Virus record (IMG/VR): IMGVR_UViG_3300043080_000590
Location: 258,386-322,385 of that record
Strand: one strand, 5' to 3'
Source: a virus
Taxonomy: Duplodnaviria; Heunggongvirae; Uroviricota; Caudoviricetes
DNA length: 64,000 bases
Shown: positions 11,001-20,060 of the stretch, one piece after another
Numbering within the stretch: position 1 is the stretch's first letter
Layout: every line of letters begins with the position of its first letter
Position numbers and translations under genes: made by a program
The notes under the pieces: generated by a model
What the model saw: only the letters and a program-made list of their open reading frames with translations
What the model was told of the DNA's origin: nothing
Databases searched by the model: none

Positions 11001-11737
11001 ATTTAAAAGTAGATACTGATGTAAATGGATTCCAAAAATATATTGATTTAGACCCCGAACGTGATAAAATTACTGAAATAGCTAGTATACATAACGAAGA
11101 AAAATTAAAAATGGAATTAAACAAATATAATAAAAATAGCATAAAAAGAATGAATGTAGAGGGTACTAAACTTATATATTTTGAAAATAATGAATTTGTT
11201 GATATAAAAGACAAAGAAACAATTACAGTATATCAAAATGGTGTTTCAGTTACTTATAATGCTTTTGATTTTCTTGAATTAAATGATGAATATGCTTATG
11301 GTATAATATTAAATAACAATCTTATTACTTATGAAACTTCTGATATTTTTACTATTTTATATGTACCTGTTGGTCAATATGATAGTTTAAACGATAAAGA
11401 AATAAAAGAAGATTTTAATCAAGCTACAATATTTATGAGATTAGAAGATGCAAGGATAACAGACCCATTTAAATTAGCTTCAAATAATATGGGTTATACC
11501 ACAGAAGAAAAAATAGAAAAACTATGTTATGGTAAGTTAATTGGTGCAAAGAAAAACTTTAGAACTGCAAATAATATTGGTTATACAATGTTAGGTACAT
11601 TAAGAACAAAATTAAATTCAATTATGACTATTGATATGTCAAGTAGAAATAACAAACCTTTAACGGAAGAAGAATTAAAATGGATAGATATAATGAACGA
11701 ATATCAAGAATTAAAAGTTAATATAATAAACGAATAA
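8057..11737 (+). CDS. Large tail fibre / baseplate wedge protein (1226 aa)
   Basis: It lies immediately downstream of baseplate J in the same operon, with RBS GAGGTG. The size and composition are typical of a fibre protein. Confidence 0.45.
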   Translation: MNNGIRLNSFDYGINNTLRNNITSSTEPVTAYKALFEAQFDIIFGNSVSLVDGSFSGTLKGIPFKNIIDRLNFVYCVFKQEGSQTGIMSVSNGMKFCYDLSIFDSEHVNSNRTIPFYMENRKTKEVDEILNELQEQNSYFDTIMSEYISSYSQRNTFADVKRVLFMEVDFYILVINQNGSEYTDCKLYNLFEYLKECAKNTYSESTEEEFKQYELDIRNTDNTLELFNSDNYYYKLNYPNQEIFDGDILSSIVSKMENLYSTYSTNSITSIKYWLPFVSPDRFSTYVNDVYSKIEADGRKFSHYPNVVEYYYCILISRITGYLLTGNTLLSADLRLGGPNVMDIESTWARYILFHYKYDNSELTGGIRQYFAFYTFYNDNYYSAKDTSNIYIDNKFHYEDIKYLTEGNLLYDLKNDAEKNIVFTNECNYFKVYSEYESLEEGVSTQKNSNAYDEIQNMLYLLKVDTWSFKNKLFSADEDTSGLVVFKSNIKDSPSNFIKKPDYYLYSRLGNYSIDFNYLKDDEDVGDGGYSQISFYDSEESQTDKLFILWNCTTSRRLLYSHYTRSYYKFVIPNDSLGYLTYSAATEEETKLTGNLYIYFDDDLGIVYIKEHNDLSATTLKFLTNKYTSINSYFQTTIKHLLNMLPLSYNTEIIDTNFYKILRTAAIQLAETKYGLQKVKRGMWLNALDDDGIEQCDDDLLYNNFGSMIDLPKKAKWSYDQYRAMISAVYEVLIKGPNKESMQNAIKKFTGYENYLYELYKNDEYIFSNLTVDKQFRFAVQILKDLDTYDDSAEMMENVKFLLDMIKPAHTLYLIYVGLSSSETIDVTNNFTDTDFFENEMLLREATFGADVDSAFQLFPSENTLSRLLLNEDYWKNVNGWDSTYNGTTQYMWLQYVQEKLNEKNAPYRRLAVNQSKVEAIFAQDMYADLKEIYTDIRNNTYNTLKEDFEALITPQTSGEYYSLQYVTEDYHCENTLGYETHLKVDTDVNGFQKYIDLDPERDKITEIASIHNEEKLKMELNKYNKNSIKRMNVEGTKLIYFENNEFVDIKDKETITVYQNGVSVTYNAFDFLELNDEYAYGIILNNNLITYETSDIFTILYVPVGQYDSLNDKEIKEDFNQATIFMRLEDARITDPFKLASNNMGYTTEEKIEKLCYGKLIGAKKNFRTANNIGYTMLGTLRTKLNSIMTIDMSSRNNKPLTEEELKWIDIMNEYQELKVNIINE

Positions 11738-11769
11738 TTAAATGATTCTTTTTTTAGAATAAATGATTT

Positions 11770-11820
11770 AATGGTGGGTTTTATAGGAAAACTATCTAAT
11801 AAAACTCACCATTTTATTTA
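11770..11820 (+). terminator. Rho-independent terminator
   Basis: Long hairpin aatggtgggtttt...aaaactcaccatt followed by a T-rich tract. Confidence 0.5.
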
Positions 11821-11895
11821 TATTTAAATTAAGGTATTAAGTACAAATTTCTAATATATATAAAATTAATAAAATAAAGAAGGGGGGAAATAAAT

Positions 11896-13860
11896 ATGGC
11901 TTACGACCCAAGTTTTACAAGACCTGCTATTGGTAAGTATAGTGATGATAACGCATTTGTTTCTATTGTTGGCGGCTCTGATGCTTATTTATTAGAAGAT
12001 GAAGTCAATGAAATGCAGTGGATTCAATTCAACAAAAAAAGAGAAATGATGAAACAAATGAATACCAATGGTATGATAGTTGATAAAATTAAGCAAAGAA
12101 ATAGTAGTACGCCCTCATATACAATATATAAAAATAGTGAATATGCTACAAATTCTAATACATTCTTTGTTAAGAATTTTGATTATATTATAGATGGTTT
12201 GACAGCTAATATTTATGGTGCTGCATTAGCAAATAGTAATATTGATACTATTACAAGGGAAGGATATAATGAAATTGTTCTGCCTGAACCTGAAACAACA
12301 TCAGAATATTATTATGACTTTGTTTATTTAGAAGTTTATTTAAAAATAATTGATTTTACTAATGAAGCAACATCAGTTAATATTCCTACATATGGTGGTG
12401 TTAATAATAAAACCATTTCTTTTGATATGATAGACCCAAGAATATCATTAAGAACTTCAAAAAGAGTTCAATTACAGTGGAAAATTAGTTCTACAAGATT
12501 AACAACAGAACCTACTGTAAATAACATTGGTTCTATTATGACAAGTATCACTTCTAGCATTTCAAAAAGTAATATTAAATATGATTCAGAAGAAGAATAT
12601 TATTATTCTGAATCAACAGATGCTTCTCATTTAATAGGTGAAAGTAATGAAAAGGCAAGGATATATGCAATGCCTATGTTCTCTGTTTTAAGAACAAATT
12701 CAGCACTTATTGAGAAAGTTAATATAACAGATTTCAGAGATACTTCAAGAAGTAAAAATTGTATGAGTATTACTGATGAAGAACTTAATAATTATATTAA
12801 TAGAATTGAAAAACTTGAAGAAATATTAAATTATGTAGTTATTTCTACAAATAATGACCAAAAAGCTTATGGATTATCAATGAATAGACAAACAAGTAGT
12901 TTTGTTGGTTCTGATTCTGTTGAAGATGGTAAAACAATAGATATGTATACTGGTAGAGAAGTAAAGGTTACTAATTATGCAGAAGATGATAAAGATAATT
13001 ATGTATTTGCTATTGTTAATTTAGGTAATCATTATTGTGGTCAGGTGGGTGAAGTTTGGTGCTATCAAAAAATAGATACAACACCATCTGTATCAAATAC
13101 TTATGGTACGTATTGTGTTTGCAATTCAGGTAATAGCAGTATTTTGTTTAATGCTTTTGATTTTAATAAAAACAACCAAGAAATCACCTGTGGTATTGCG
13201 ACTTCAAATGGATTAAATGGTGTTGAAATTACCATACCAAGAACATTCTTAGAAACAAATAATATTGTATCTAGTAATGCTTTGGATAAATGTATTATAT
13301 ATGCAATTCCTCTTTATGAAGAAGATAAAAAACCAACAGAAGAAATTCCAAGTGTAGGTGATATCTTCTACGATTATAATGATGCTGAAAAAATTACAAC
13401 TACAAGTGATACCGTTCATTTCTATTTGTTTAACTCAGGTGCAACAGGAATTCCGTTGCAATGGTTTGTATTATATACAGGTAATTCAACAAACTTATCT
13501 ATGGGTAATATTATATTTGATGGTACTTCAAAAGTTGATGATGCTTTTGGTTATCATTATTGTAAAAAAGTTACAACCAATGGTTTTGGTTCAATAAATG
13601 TTTTATTAGGAACTCCAAGAAAAAAAGATTATATGAAATATTATAATCCTAATGATGTTGATGATGGTTATTCAATTGAAAGAGTTGAACAAATGCCCAA
13701 ATTGGGTGAAATATATATAGAACAAAATGATGATGTATTTATGATAAATACAAGTGGTAGAGGTATTAATGGTGATGCCGATACACAAATAAGATATTTA
13801 ATATTTAAAAATGCTTATCTTTTAGCATCAGATTCTGTTGATACAGTTACAGTAATTTAA
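11896..13860 (+). CDS. Tail fibre protein
   Basis: Strong RBS GAAGGGGGG. It is a 654-aa protein of fibre-like composition in the structural module. Confidence 0.4.
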   Translation: MAYDPSFTRPAIGKYSDDNAFVSIVGGSDAYLLEDEVNEMQWIQFNKKREMMKQMNTNGMIVDKIKQRNSSTPSYTIYKNSEYATNSNTFFVKNFDYIIDGLTANIYGAALANSNIDTITREGYNEIVLPEPETTSEYYYDFVYLEVYLKIIDFTNEATSVNIPTYGGVNNKTISFDMIDPRISLRTSKRVQLQWKISSTRLTTEPTVNNIGSIMTSITSSISKSNIKYDSEEEYYYSESTDASHLIGESNEKARIYAMPMFSVLRTNSALIEKVNITDFRDTSRSKNCMSITDEELNNYINRIEKLEEILNYVVISTNNDQKAYGLSMNRQTSSFVGSDSVEDGKTIDMYTGREVKVTNYAEDDKDNYVFAIVNLGNHYCGQVGEVWCYQKIDTTPSVSNTYGTYCVCNSGNSSILFNAFDFNKNNQEITCGIATSNGLNGVEITIPRTFLETNNIVSSNALDKCIIYAIPLYEEDKKPTEEIPSVGDIFYDYNDAEKITTTSDTVHFYLFNSGATGIPLQWFVLYTGNSTNLSMGNIIFDGTSKVDDAFGYHYCKKVTTNGFGSINVLLGTPRKKDYMKYYNPNDVDDGYSIERVEQMPKLGEIYIEQNDDVFMINTSGRGINGDADTQIRYLIFKNAYLLASDSVDTVTVI

Positions 13861-13881
13861 AAGTAAAGGGGTTAAAATATA

Positions 13882-14742
13882 ATGGATAATAAAGATACAT
13901 TTAAGACACCTACTGGTCAAATAAATATGACTTTATTTAAAGGTGATTACGATATTAAGACAGGTAAAATAACTGGTGAAATTTTACAAGAAAGTGAAGA
14001 CCATAATATTATTGTAAATATGGCTTCTGTACTTATGGCAAGTAGAATGTGCCCTAAAGGTTTAACAGAAACTTCTGATACTGTCGTTGCTATTCCTTGG
14101 GTTCAGACAGATGGTTATACAATAACAAACGCTAACGGTGAACAACAATATGTTTCTAATACTAATTCAGGTTCATCAGATGGTATTGGTGTTGTTTCTG
14201 CTTCAACAATTGGTACTGCTTCTGCTACATCTAATTATTCAGCAACACAAGCATCATACCCTTTTGGTTATGGTTTTCAATGCCTAGCTATTGGTAATGG
14301 TGATTATGGTATTAATACAGGTTGGTCTGATACAGAAAAGGCTACTTATTTGTTTAATCCTGAAACCAATAATCAACCTGCTGACCAAAAATTAAAAACA
14401 GGTCTTATTCATGAAATATTTAGAAAACAGATTACAAGTTGGTCTTTCTTAGATACAGAAGGTAATGTTTCTAATACAGAAACAAATATTTTAAAATTAA
14501 CTACATTATTTACAGCTGATGAAGCACCTGGTCAATATATTGTTGAAATGGGTTTGTTTGGTGGCGATGCTAATGTAGTTGATTATAATTCTATTACTAA
14601 TGCTGTTCATATTGATGAGTATTGTAAAGAAGGTAATGCAAACGGCAATAGAAAAGGTCATATGTTCAATTATAAGATTTTTAAATCTTGGAATAAAATT
14701 GAAGGTAGTTCATTATTAGTAAATTGGATTATAACATTCTAA
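13882..14742 (+). CDS. Tail fibre / receptor-binding protein
   Basis: RBS AAAGGGG. It is a 286-aa ORF at the end of the structural operon and is rich in G, S and T. Confidence 0.35.
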   Translation: MDNKDTFKTPTGQINMTLFKGDYDIKTGKITGEILQESEDHNIIVNMASVLMASRMCPKGLTETSDTVVAIPWVQTDGYTITNANGEQQYVSNTNSGSSDGIGVVSASTIGTASATSNYSATQASYPFGYGFQCLAIGNGDYGINTGWSDTEKATYLFNPETNNQPADQKLKTGLIHEIFRKQITSWSFLDTEGNVSNTETNILKLTTLFTADEAPGQYIVEMGLFGGDANVVDYNSITNAVHIDEYCKEGNANGNRKGHMFNYKIFKSWNKIEGSSLLVNWIITF

Positions 14743-14754
14743 AATAATAATTAA

Positions 14755-14783
14755 AGAGGTAGAAAAAATCTACCTCTTTTTTT
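14755..14783 (+). terminator. Rho-independent terminator closing the structural operon
   Basis: Hairpin agaggtag(aaaaaat)ctacctct followed by TTTTTT. Confidence 0.7.
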
Positions 14784-14793
14784 AAAAAAAGTG

Positions 14794-14822
14794 TTGACAA
14801 AACATAAAAAAAGTAGTATAAT
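14794..14822 (+). promoter_or_regulatory. Sigma-A-type promoter (TTGACA-17-TATAAT), member of a conserved promoter family
   Basis: TTGACA at 14794-14799 and TATAAT at 14817-14822, with a 17-nt spacer. Confidence 0.7.
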
Positions 14823-14854
14823 GTAAATACATTAAGAGATAGGAGGAATAAAGA

Positions 14855-15196
14855 ATGACAACTTCAATAAAAGATAAAGATATTATAGAATCCGAGATAT
14901 ATTCAATTTTGTATGGTTATGGTGCAACTGATGATTTTATTGAAAAAGTAATTGCAAGTGGTAAATGTTACTTGTGTGATAGTGTGGAAGATTTTTGTTT
15001 TGATGTTCTTAAAGAATTTCAGCCTGAATTGTATGATGCACTTTATAAAACAGATAAAACATTAGGTGTTGCACCAATAGATTATTTTGATATAGATAAA
15101 TATTTTCTTTTAATAAAAGAGAAATTTGATGAATTTTTATTCTATTCAAATCATAGTGATAGGGTTTTATTTATTGACAAGTATAGAAAGTTTTAA
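14855..15196 (+). CDS. Hypothetical protein (moron-like cassette)
   Basis: RBS AGGAGG upstream of the ATG. It is bracketed by a promoter and a terminator. Confidence 0.5.
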   Translation: MTTSIKDKDIIESEIYSILYGYGATDDFIEKVIASGKCYLCDSVEDFCFDVLKEFQPELYDALYKTDKTLGVAPIDYFDIDKYFLLIKEKFDEFLFYSNHSDRVLFIDKYRKF

Positions 15197-15230
15197 AAAA
15201 GAGGTGGCATTATTTACCACCTCTTTAATT
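15194..15230 (-). terminator. Bidirectional hairpin terminator
   Basis: Hairpin agaggtgg...ccacctct with T-runs on both sides. It is stronger when read on the minus strand. Confidence 0.5.
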
Positions 15231-15288
15231 ATTAGAACTTAATTATTAAAAACTATTTGTTAAAAAATAATTTATTAAAAAACGATTT

Positions 15289-15567
15289 TTAAAGAAATTC
15301 TTTAGCATCATCAATAAAATTAACAAACTTATTAAAACATTCTTTAATATTATCTAAATCATTAAGTGCGTTAATAGGAATAATAAAACCATTCTTTGAA
15401 GCACCTGAATAACCACCCTCAGTTGTTGCAATCTTAAATTGTCTTGCATTTAACTGTAATGTTCCCTTTTGCTTGTTTTCTTCTAAAGAAAATTTCCATT
15501 CTTTATCATCACTAACTTTATAACTTGTTGAAGCTAAAGTATTAAACTTTTCATTCCAATCAGCCAT
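15289..15567 (-). CDS. Hypothetical protein
   Basis: 92-aa ORF co-oriented with the helicase block. An RBS-like AGGAG lies upstream on the minus strand. Confidence 0.4.
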   Translation of the reverse strand: MADWNEKFNTLASTSYKVSDDKEWKFSLEENKQKGTLQLNARQFKIATTEGGYSGASKNGFIIPINALNDLDNIKECFNKFVNFIDDAKEFL

Positions 15568-15628
15568 TTTATTTCAACTCCTTAATTTTTATTTAATTAT
15601 TTATATTTATTTTTTTATTTTTTGTAAA

Positions 15629-18136
15629 TTACTTTTTTAATAATCTCATATCAAACTTTTTAATTTCCCAAGCTTCTTCTGTTCTATATAATTTTTCTCT
15701 TGTTCTGGCGTGTCTACGAAGCATAGGTGTATAATCTTGAAAATCAAACACAATAGCTCTTTTCTTTTCTTTACCTGTTTCAGGATTTTTATATAGTCTT
15801 AATACTCTACCCACTCTTTGAAAAGCTCTTGTGGAACTACGACCACCACCTGCTAATATCAAAATCTCTAAGTTAGGTATGTCAAGTCCTTCATCTGCTA
15901 TTGTACTACCTATTAAGATTTCTACAAAACCATCTCTTACACCTTGAATAACAGCCTTTCTTCTTACAGCATCATCCTTACCTGATAAAAATTCTACATT
16001 AGCAATTCTAACTAATTTATCTTTACCTGTCTTATCATCAGTTACTTGAACTGCTTTTTTTACTATTTCTATCTTTTTAGATAACATTTTTAATATTGTT
16101 TCTCCGTGTTCTACTTGTTGAATTAATATTAAGATAGGTGCGTGTTTTACTTCTCTCATTTTAACTGCTATACTAACAACAATTTGATTTCTTTCTATAT
16201 TATTAGCAATAGCTTCTTTATAAACTTTATTATAAGATTTACCTTGAAAAACTCTTTTGTAAGGAATAAAGTAAATAGTACAAGGCACTAAATATCCCCA
16301 TTCAATAAGTTTGCTTGCTGAAATATCATTTTCTTCTTTTCTTCTATCTAGTGCTGCTTCTAATAATAAATCAGCACCATCTTCTCTCCACGGAGTGGCT
16401 GATACACCAATTCTATAATAAGCATTTTTAGCCCATTTAGATATTTCTACAAATGTATTAGAACCTATATGATGACATTCATCAAATAAAATCATATTAG
16501 AATCTTTAATATCTTCTTCTGTTGTTGATTGAGCAGAATAAACAGTTATATCTCTTTTCTTGTTTATGCCACCACCAACAATACCTACTTCTTCCCCTAA
16601 AAACTTTCCAATTTCATCTTTTAGCTGTGTACATAAAGTTAATTTATCAGCAAAAATTGAAACAGGTCTAACATTAAACTTATCAATTAATCCTGCCATT
16701 ATAAATGTATTATGCGTTACTATAAAATCTTTACAAATAAATGTATGTAATGGACTATCTACTGCTATACACTTCATTTCAGACTTTGTAGGTAATGGAG
16801 TTATTGAAACAATTTTTAAAGCATTATAATGATGATTTTTGCCTATTCTTCTATTCTTAAATCTTTCAGTATGTTTTTTTGATGTAAATAATTTATCATC
16901 ACAGCCACGAACATGAATATACCACGTTTTGTTTCTATATCTATCACTATTAATTGTTCTTTTATCTAATACAATTTTCGCTCTATATCCAAGACTATTT
17001 AATAAAAATTGTACATCTTCTACTAATCGTTTGCTAACGGAACAATAAGTAATATGTCCTTTACTATTTACAGTACCATCTGTATCAAATAGTCCTTGTA
17101 AAAGTGCTATTCTGTCATTAACATCAGAAAATTTATATTCTTCGGGAATAAATTTATCTTCGCTTTTAATTCTTCCAAAAACCTTATGTATATAATCTCT
17201 TAAATTATCTTTTTTTCCACCGCAACCATATGTGTATTGAATCCTGTCTTTATGTCCATTTTTAAATTCTCCACCAAATTGTCTTGCTAAATCTTTTACT
17301 TTATTAATTACATCTTCCTCTGTATTTGTAAAAGTAATTTGTCTTTGAGAAAAGCCACCATCGCCTAATAATGCTCCCAATAAATATGGCGGTAAAAATA
17401 AATCTTTTTTCTCAAACTGAATTGGCTTACATACGGGAATGCTTAGAACTAAATTTCTTCCTGTTTTGATTTTATGATTGTTTAATATTTCTTCAACAGT
17501 TTTTACTTGCCATTTATTTTTTGAAAGATTGTCTCTTGTTGCAAATTTCCATAAATGATTTTTACAACATTTAATAGTTGTACCATCGTTAAATACTATT
17601 TCATATTCTTGTTGCTCACCTTGTGGATATTCTCCGATAACAGTTGTTTTATCTCCATTTTCATCAAAAACAATACTTCCTACGTGAATATCTTTTAATG
17701 GAACAAAACCATCAGGGGTTAGAATTGGCGTATCTAAGGGAATCGACTTGCCGCCGCCCGTACTGACCCTTACTATTTCCCTGTTTGAGGCGTTATCAAT
17801 TATTTTTTGTTGATAATCTCTCGCTTTTAACTCTACTTTTGAACCATCAGGTAAAGTCAAATATTCTTGTAATGCAAAATTAGCATTTTGTTCGGGTACT
17901 ACTCTTGTATCTGTTATTTTATATCCAATATTATTTTCTTCTAATATTTCATATACATAATTTAATAAACCAGTATAGGTCTTTTTTGTTTTTCTATTGT
18001 ACAAATGTCTTATTTGAATATATTCACAACCAAATTCTTTTACTTCAAAACTTAATTTTTCCCATATCTTTAATTCAATATCTTTTGAAAAACCAATCAA
18101 CTTTGAATATACATTATCAATTATAATTTCTGCCAT
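15629..18136 (-). CDS. SF2 (DExH) DNA/RNA helicase precursor containing an intein
   Basis: Walker A STGGGK|...|T is split by the intein. Motif II is DECHH and motif VI is QRVGRVLR. The extein is about 489 aa. Confidence 0.8.
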   Translation of the reverse strand: MAEIIIDNVYSKLIGFSKDIELKIWEKLSFEVKEFGCEYIQIRHLYNRKTKKTYTGLLNYVYEILEENNIGYKITDTRVVPEQNANFALQEYLTLPDGSKVELKARDYQQKIIDNASNREIVRVSTGGGKSIPLDTPILTPDGFVPLKDIHVGSIVFDENGDKTTVIGEYPQGEQQEYEIVFNDGTTIKCCKNHLWKFATRDNLSKNKWQVKTVEEILNNHKIKTGRNLVLSIPVCKPIQFEKKDLFLPPYLLGALLGDGGFSQRQITFTNTEEDVINKVKDLARQFGGEFKNGHKDRIQYTYGCGGKKDNLRDYIHKVFGRIKSEDKFIPEEYKFSDVNDRIALLQGLFDTDGTVNSKGHITYCSVSKRLVEDVQFLLNSLGYRAKIVLDKRTINSDRYRNKTWYIHVRGCDDKLFTSKKHTERFKNRRIGKNHHYNALKIVSITPLPTKSEMKCIAVDSPLHTFICKDFIVTHNTFIMAGLIDKFNVRPVSIFADKLTLCTQLKDEIGKFLGEEVGIVGGGINKKRDITVYSAQSTTEEDIKDSNMILFDECHHIGSNTFVEISKWAKNAYYRIGVSATPWREDGADLLLEAALDRRKEENDISASKLIEWGYLVPCTIYFIPYKRVFQGKSYNKVYKEAIANNIERNQIVVSIAVKMREVKHAPILILIQQVEHGETILKMLSKKIEIVKKAVQVTDDKTGKDKLVRIANVEFLSGKDDAVRRKAVIQGVRDGFVEILIGSTIADEGLDIPNLEILILAGGGRSSTRAFQRVGRVLRLYKNPETGKEKKRAIVFDFQDYTPMLRRHARTREKLYRTEEAWEIKKFDMRLLKK
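16709..17746 (-). other. Intein (346 aa) with LAGLIDADG homing endonuclease domain inside the helicase P-loop
   Basis: It begins with Ser (SIPLDTPILT...) directly after GGGK. It ends ...FIVTHN and is followed by Thr+1, which restores GKT. The two LAGLIDADG motifs are LLGALLGDGG and LLQGLFDTDGTV. Confidence 0.7.
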
Positions 18137-18158
18137 AACTTTTTCCTTTCCTTGTAAC

Positions 18159-18569
18159 TTAACTTAAACTTAGTATTATTAATGAAATTATTAAATATGT
18201 TTGAGATATAATAAAACGAATAAAAGAATATTTGGGATTAAATATATAATCTTCTATTCTATAACTTGTCATAAGATTTCCAAATAACATATCGTAAATT
18301 AACATACCGCAATACAAGTAGCCTAAACAGTCGATTATTACATTAGTTATTAAATAATTTACAAATAGAATTACTAATATAAACGCAACAATAGAAGAAA
18401 CATAAATATTTGTAATTATTTCATCACTATATTCACTACTTATCATTCTATCAATATGTTTTTTTACTGATTTATCAAAACTTTCTTTATCTATTGTGCT
18501 TTTAACATTCATACATTTATAGATAATAAGAAAAGCAAATAACATTTTAATTAAAAACATAAACATCAT
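18159..18569 (-). CDS. Small integral membrane protein
   Basis: 136 aa with 3-4 hydrophobic helices. Confidence 0.4.
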   Translation of the reverse strand: MMFMFLIKMLFAFLIIYKCMNVKSTIDKESFDKSVKKHIDRMISSEYSDEIITNIYVSSIVAFILVILFVNYLITNVIIDCLGYLYCGMLIYDMLFGNLMTSYRIEDYIFNPKYSFIRFIISQTYLIISLIILSLS

Positions 18570-18574
18570 TCTTT

Positions 18575-18946
18575 CTATATTATAATTACTTCTATTTCAT
18601 CTTCATAATGAAGAACTGTTTCAATCATATCATCATAATCATCTTCTAACCTATAAGGATAATCTTTTAATTTAACAAAACCTCTGCAATATCTAATCAT
18701 AAATTCTATATCAGCCATATTAACAGTAATTCTTTGCCAGTTATAATTAAATAAATGAGTTAATAAATCTTCTAAATCTCTGCGAGTATATAACTTCCAC
18801 CCGTTTTTACTTTTTCTTTCCAATCGAGGAATTACATTTCTATCTTCCCATTTTCTTATAGCCTTTGTAGTTTTATTTAATAAATTAGCTACGTCTGTTA
18901 TTGTATATGTTTCTTGTTTTAATATTTCTAACATTTTTCTTGTCAT
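18575..18946 (-). CDS. MerR-like HTH transcriptional regulator
   Basis: N-terminal segment ITDVANLLNKTTKAIRKWEDRNVIP matches the MerR-type helix-turn-helix. Confidence 0.5.
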   Translation of the reverse strand: MTRKMLEILKQETYTITDVANLLNKTTKAIRKWEDRNVIPRLERKSKNGWKLYTRRDLEDLLTHLFNYNWQRITVNMADIEFMIRYCRGFVKLKDYPYRLEDDYDDMIETVLHYEDEIEVIII

Positions 18947-19069
18947 ATTTAATCACCTAATTTATATATTGATAATTAAATGAAAAATTAAATATAAGTT
19001 AAAAAATAATTAAGAATAGATAGGCAATATATTTATTTAAAAATATGTTCTATTTTATAAATGAGGTGA

Positions 19070-19972
19070 TTGTATATGATAAATATAACAAAATGCACAA
19101 GTACAGCTAATACAACAGTTAAAAGTAATAGAAGTATTAAGTATATTGTTATTCATTACACAGCTGGCACAAGAAGTACTGCTGGTTCTGCTAAAGCAAT
19201 TGCTCAATATTTTGGCAGAAGTTCAACAGGTGCATCAGCAGATTTTATTGTAGATGATGCTACTATTGTTCAGTTTAATCCTGACCCCAAAAATCGTTAT
19301 TGCTGGTCAGTAGGTGGTAGCAAATATTCAAATCCTGCCACTTCCGTGGGTGCTACTTATTATAACAAGTGTACTAATTCTAACAGTATCAGTATTGAGA
19401 TGTGTAGTAGTAAAACTAATACATCAAGTTTACTTGCCAGTGACACGGACTGGTATATTACAGATGCTACAACAAATAATGCAGTAGAATTGACAAAGTA
19501 TTTGATGAACCTTTATAATATTCCTGCAAGCAATGTTATAATGCACCACCACGTTACAGGCAAGATTTGTCCTAATCCTTGGTGTGTGAATGAGAGCAGA
19601 CTTAGCAAGTGGAATGCTTTCAAAGCAAAATTAACAGGTACTACTGTTGAAAAAGAAGAAGTAAAAGAAACTAAGAAATTTATTTTTGTTAAAGCAAATA
19701 TTTTAGGCAAGAGCTGTGAAATTACAGGCTTTAATGAAAATGATGAAAATTGGGTAAAAATTACTTCTATTTTAGAAGCTTTAGGCTACACAACAAAGTG
19801 GAATAATACAAAAAAGAGAGCTATTGCTGTTAAAGACGGTAAAGAAACTTTTTTGGATATTAGAACATATATATCTGTTGATAGTATTTCTTTTGCTCCT
19901 CTTAGGGAGTTGTGTGAATTCTTGGGATTCACAGTAACTTGGAGTAAAGAAGACGGCATAATTGTAAAATAA
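19070..19972 (+). CDS. N-acetylmuramoyl-L-alanine amidase (endolysin) with C-terminal cell-wall-binding region
   Basis: Amidase_2/PGRP signatures are present: IVIHYTAG, ISIEMC and MHHHVTGKICPNP. RBS GAGGTG. Confidence 0.8.
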   Translation: MYMINITKCTSTANTTVKSNRSIKYIVIHYTAGTRSTAGSAKAIAQYFGRSSTGASADFIVDDATIVQFNPDPKNRYCWSVGGSKYSNPATSVGATYYNKCTNSNSISIEMCSSKTNTSSLLASDTDWYITDATTNNAVELTKYLMNLYNIPASNVIMHHHVTGKICPNPWCVNESRLSKWNAFKAKLTGTTVEKEEVKETKKFIFVKANILGKSCEITGFNENDENWVKITSILEALGYTTKWNNTKKRAIAVKDGKETFLDIRTYISVDSISFAPLRELCEFLGFTVTWSKEDGIIVK

Positions 19973-20003
19973 AATATACTAATTACTTCGATTGAAAAAA
20001 AGA

Positions 20004-20036
20004 AAAGGACTACATTTGTTTGTAGTCCTTTTTTAT
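20004..20036 (+). terminator. Rho-independent terminator after endolysin
   Basis: Hairpin aaaggactaca / tgtagtcctt followed by TTTTT. Confidence 0.7.
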
Positions 20037-20060
20037 ATATATGTAAAGTTTTTAATTTTT

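Noticed and set aside
16560-18126. Plus-strand ORFs 16560-16829 and 17905-18126 inside the helicase/intein gene
   Set aside because: They are antisense to a high-confidence minus-strand CDS.
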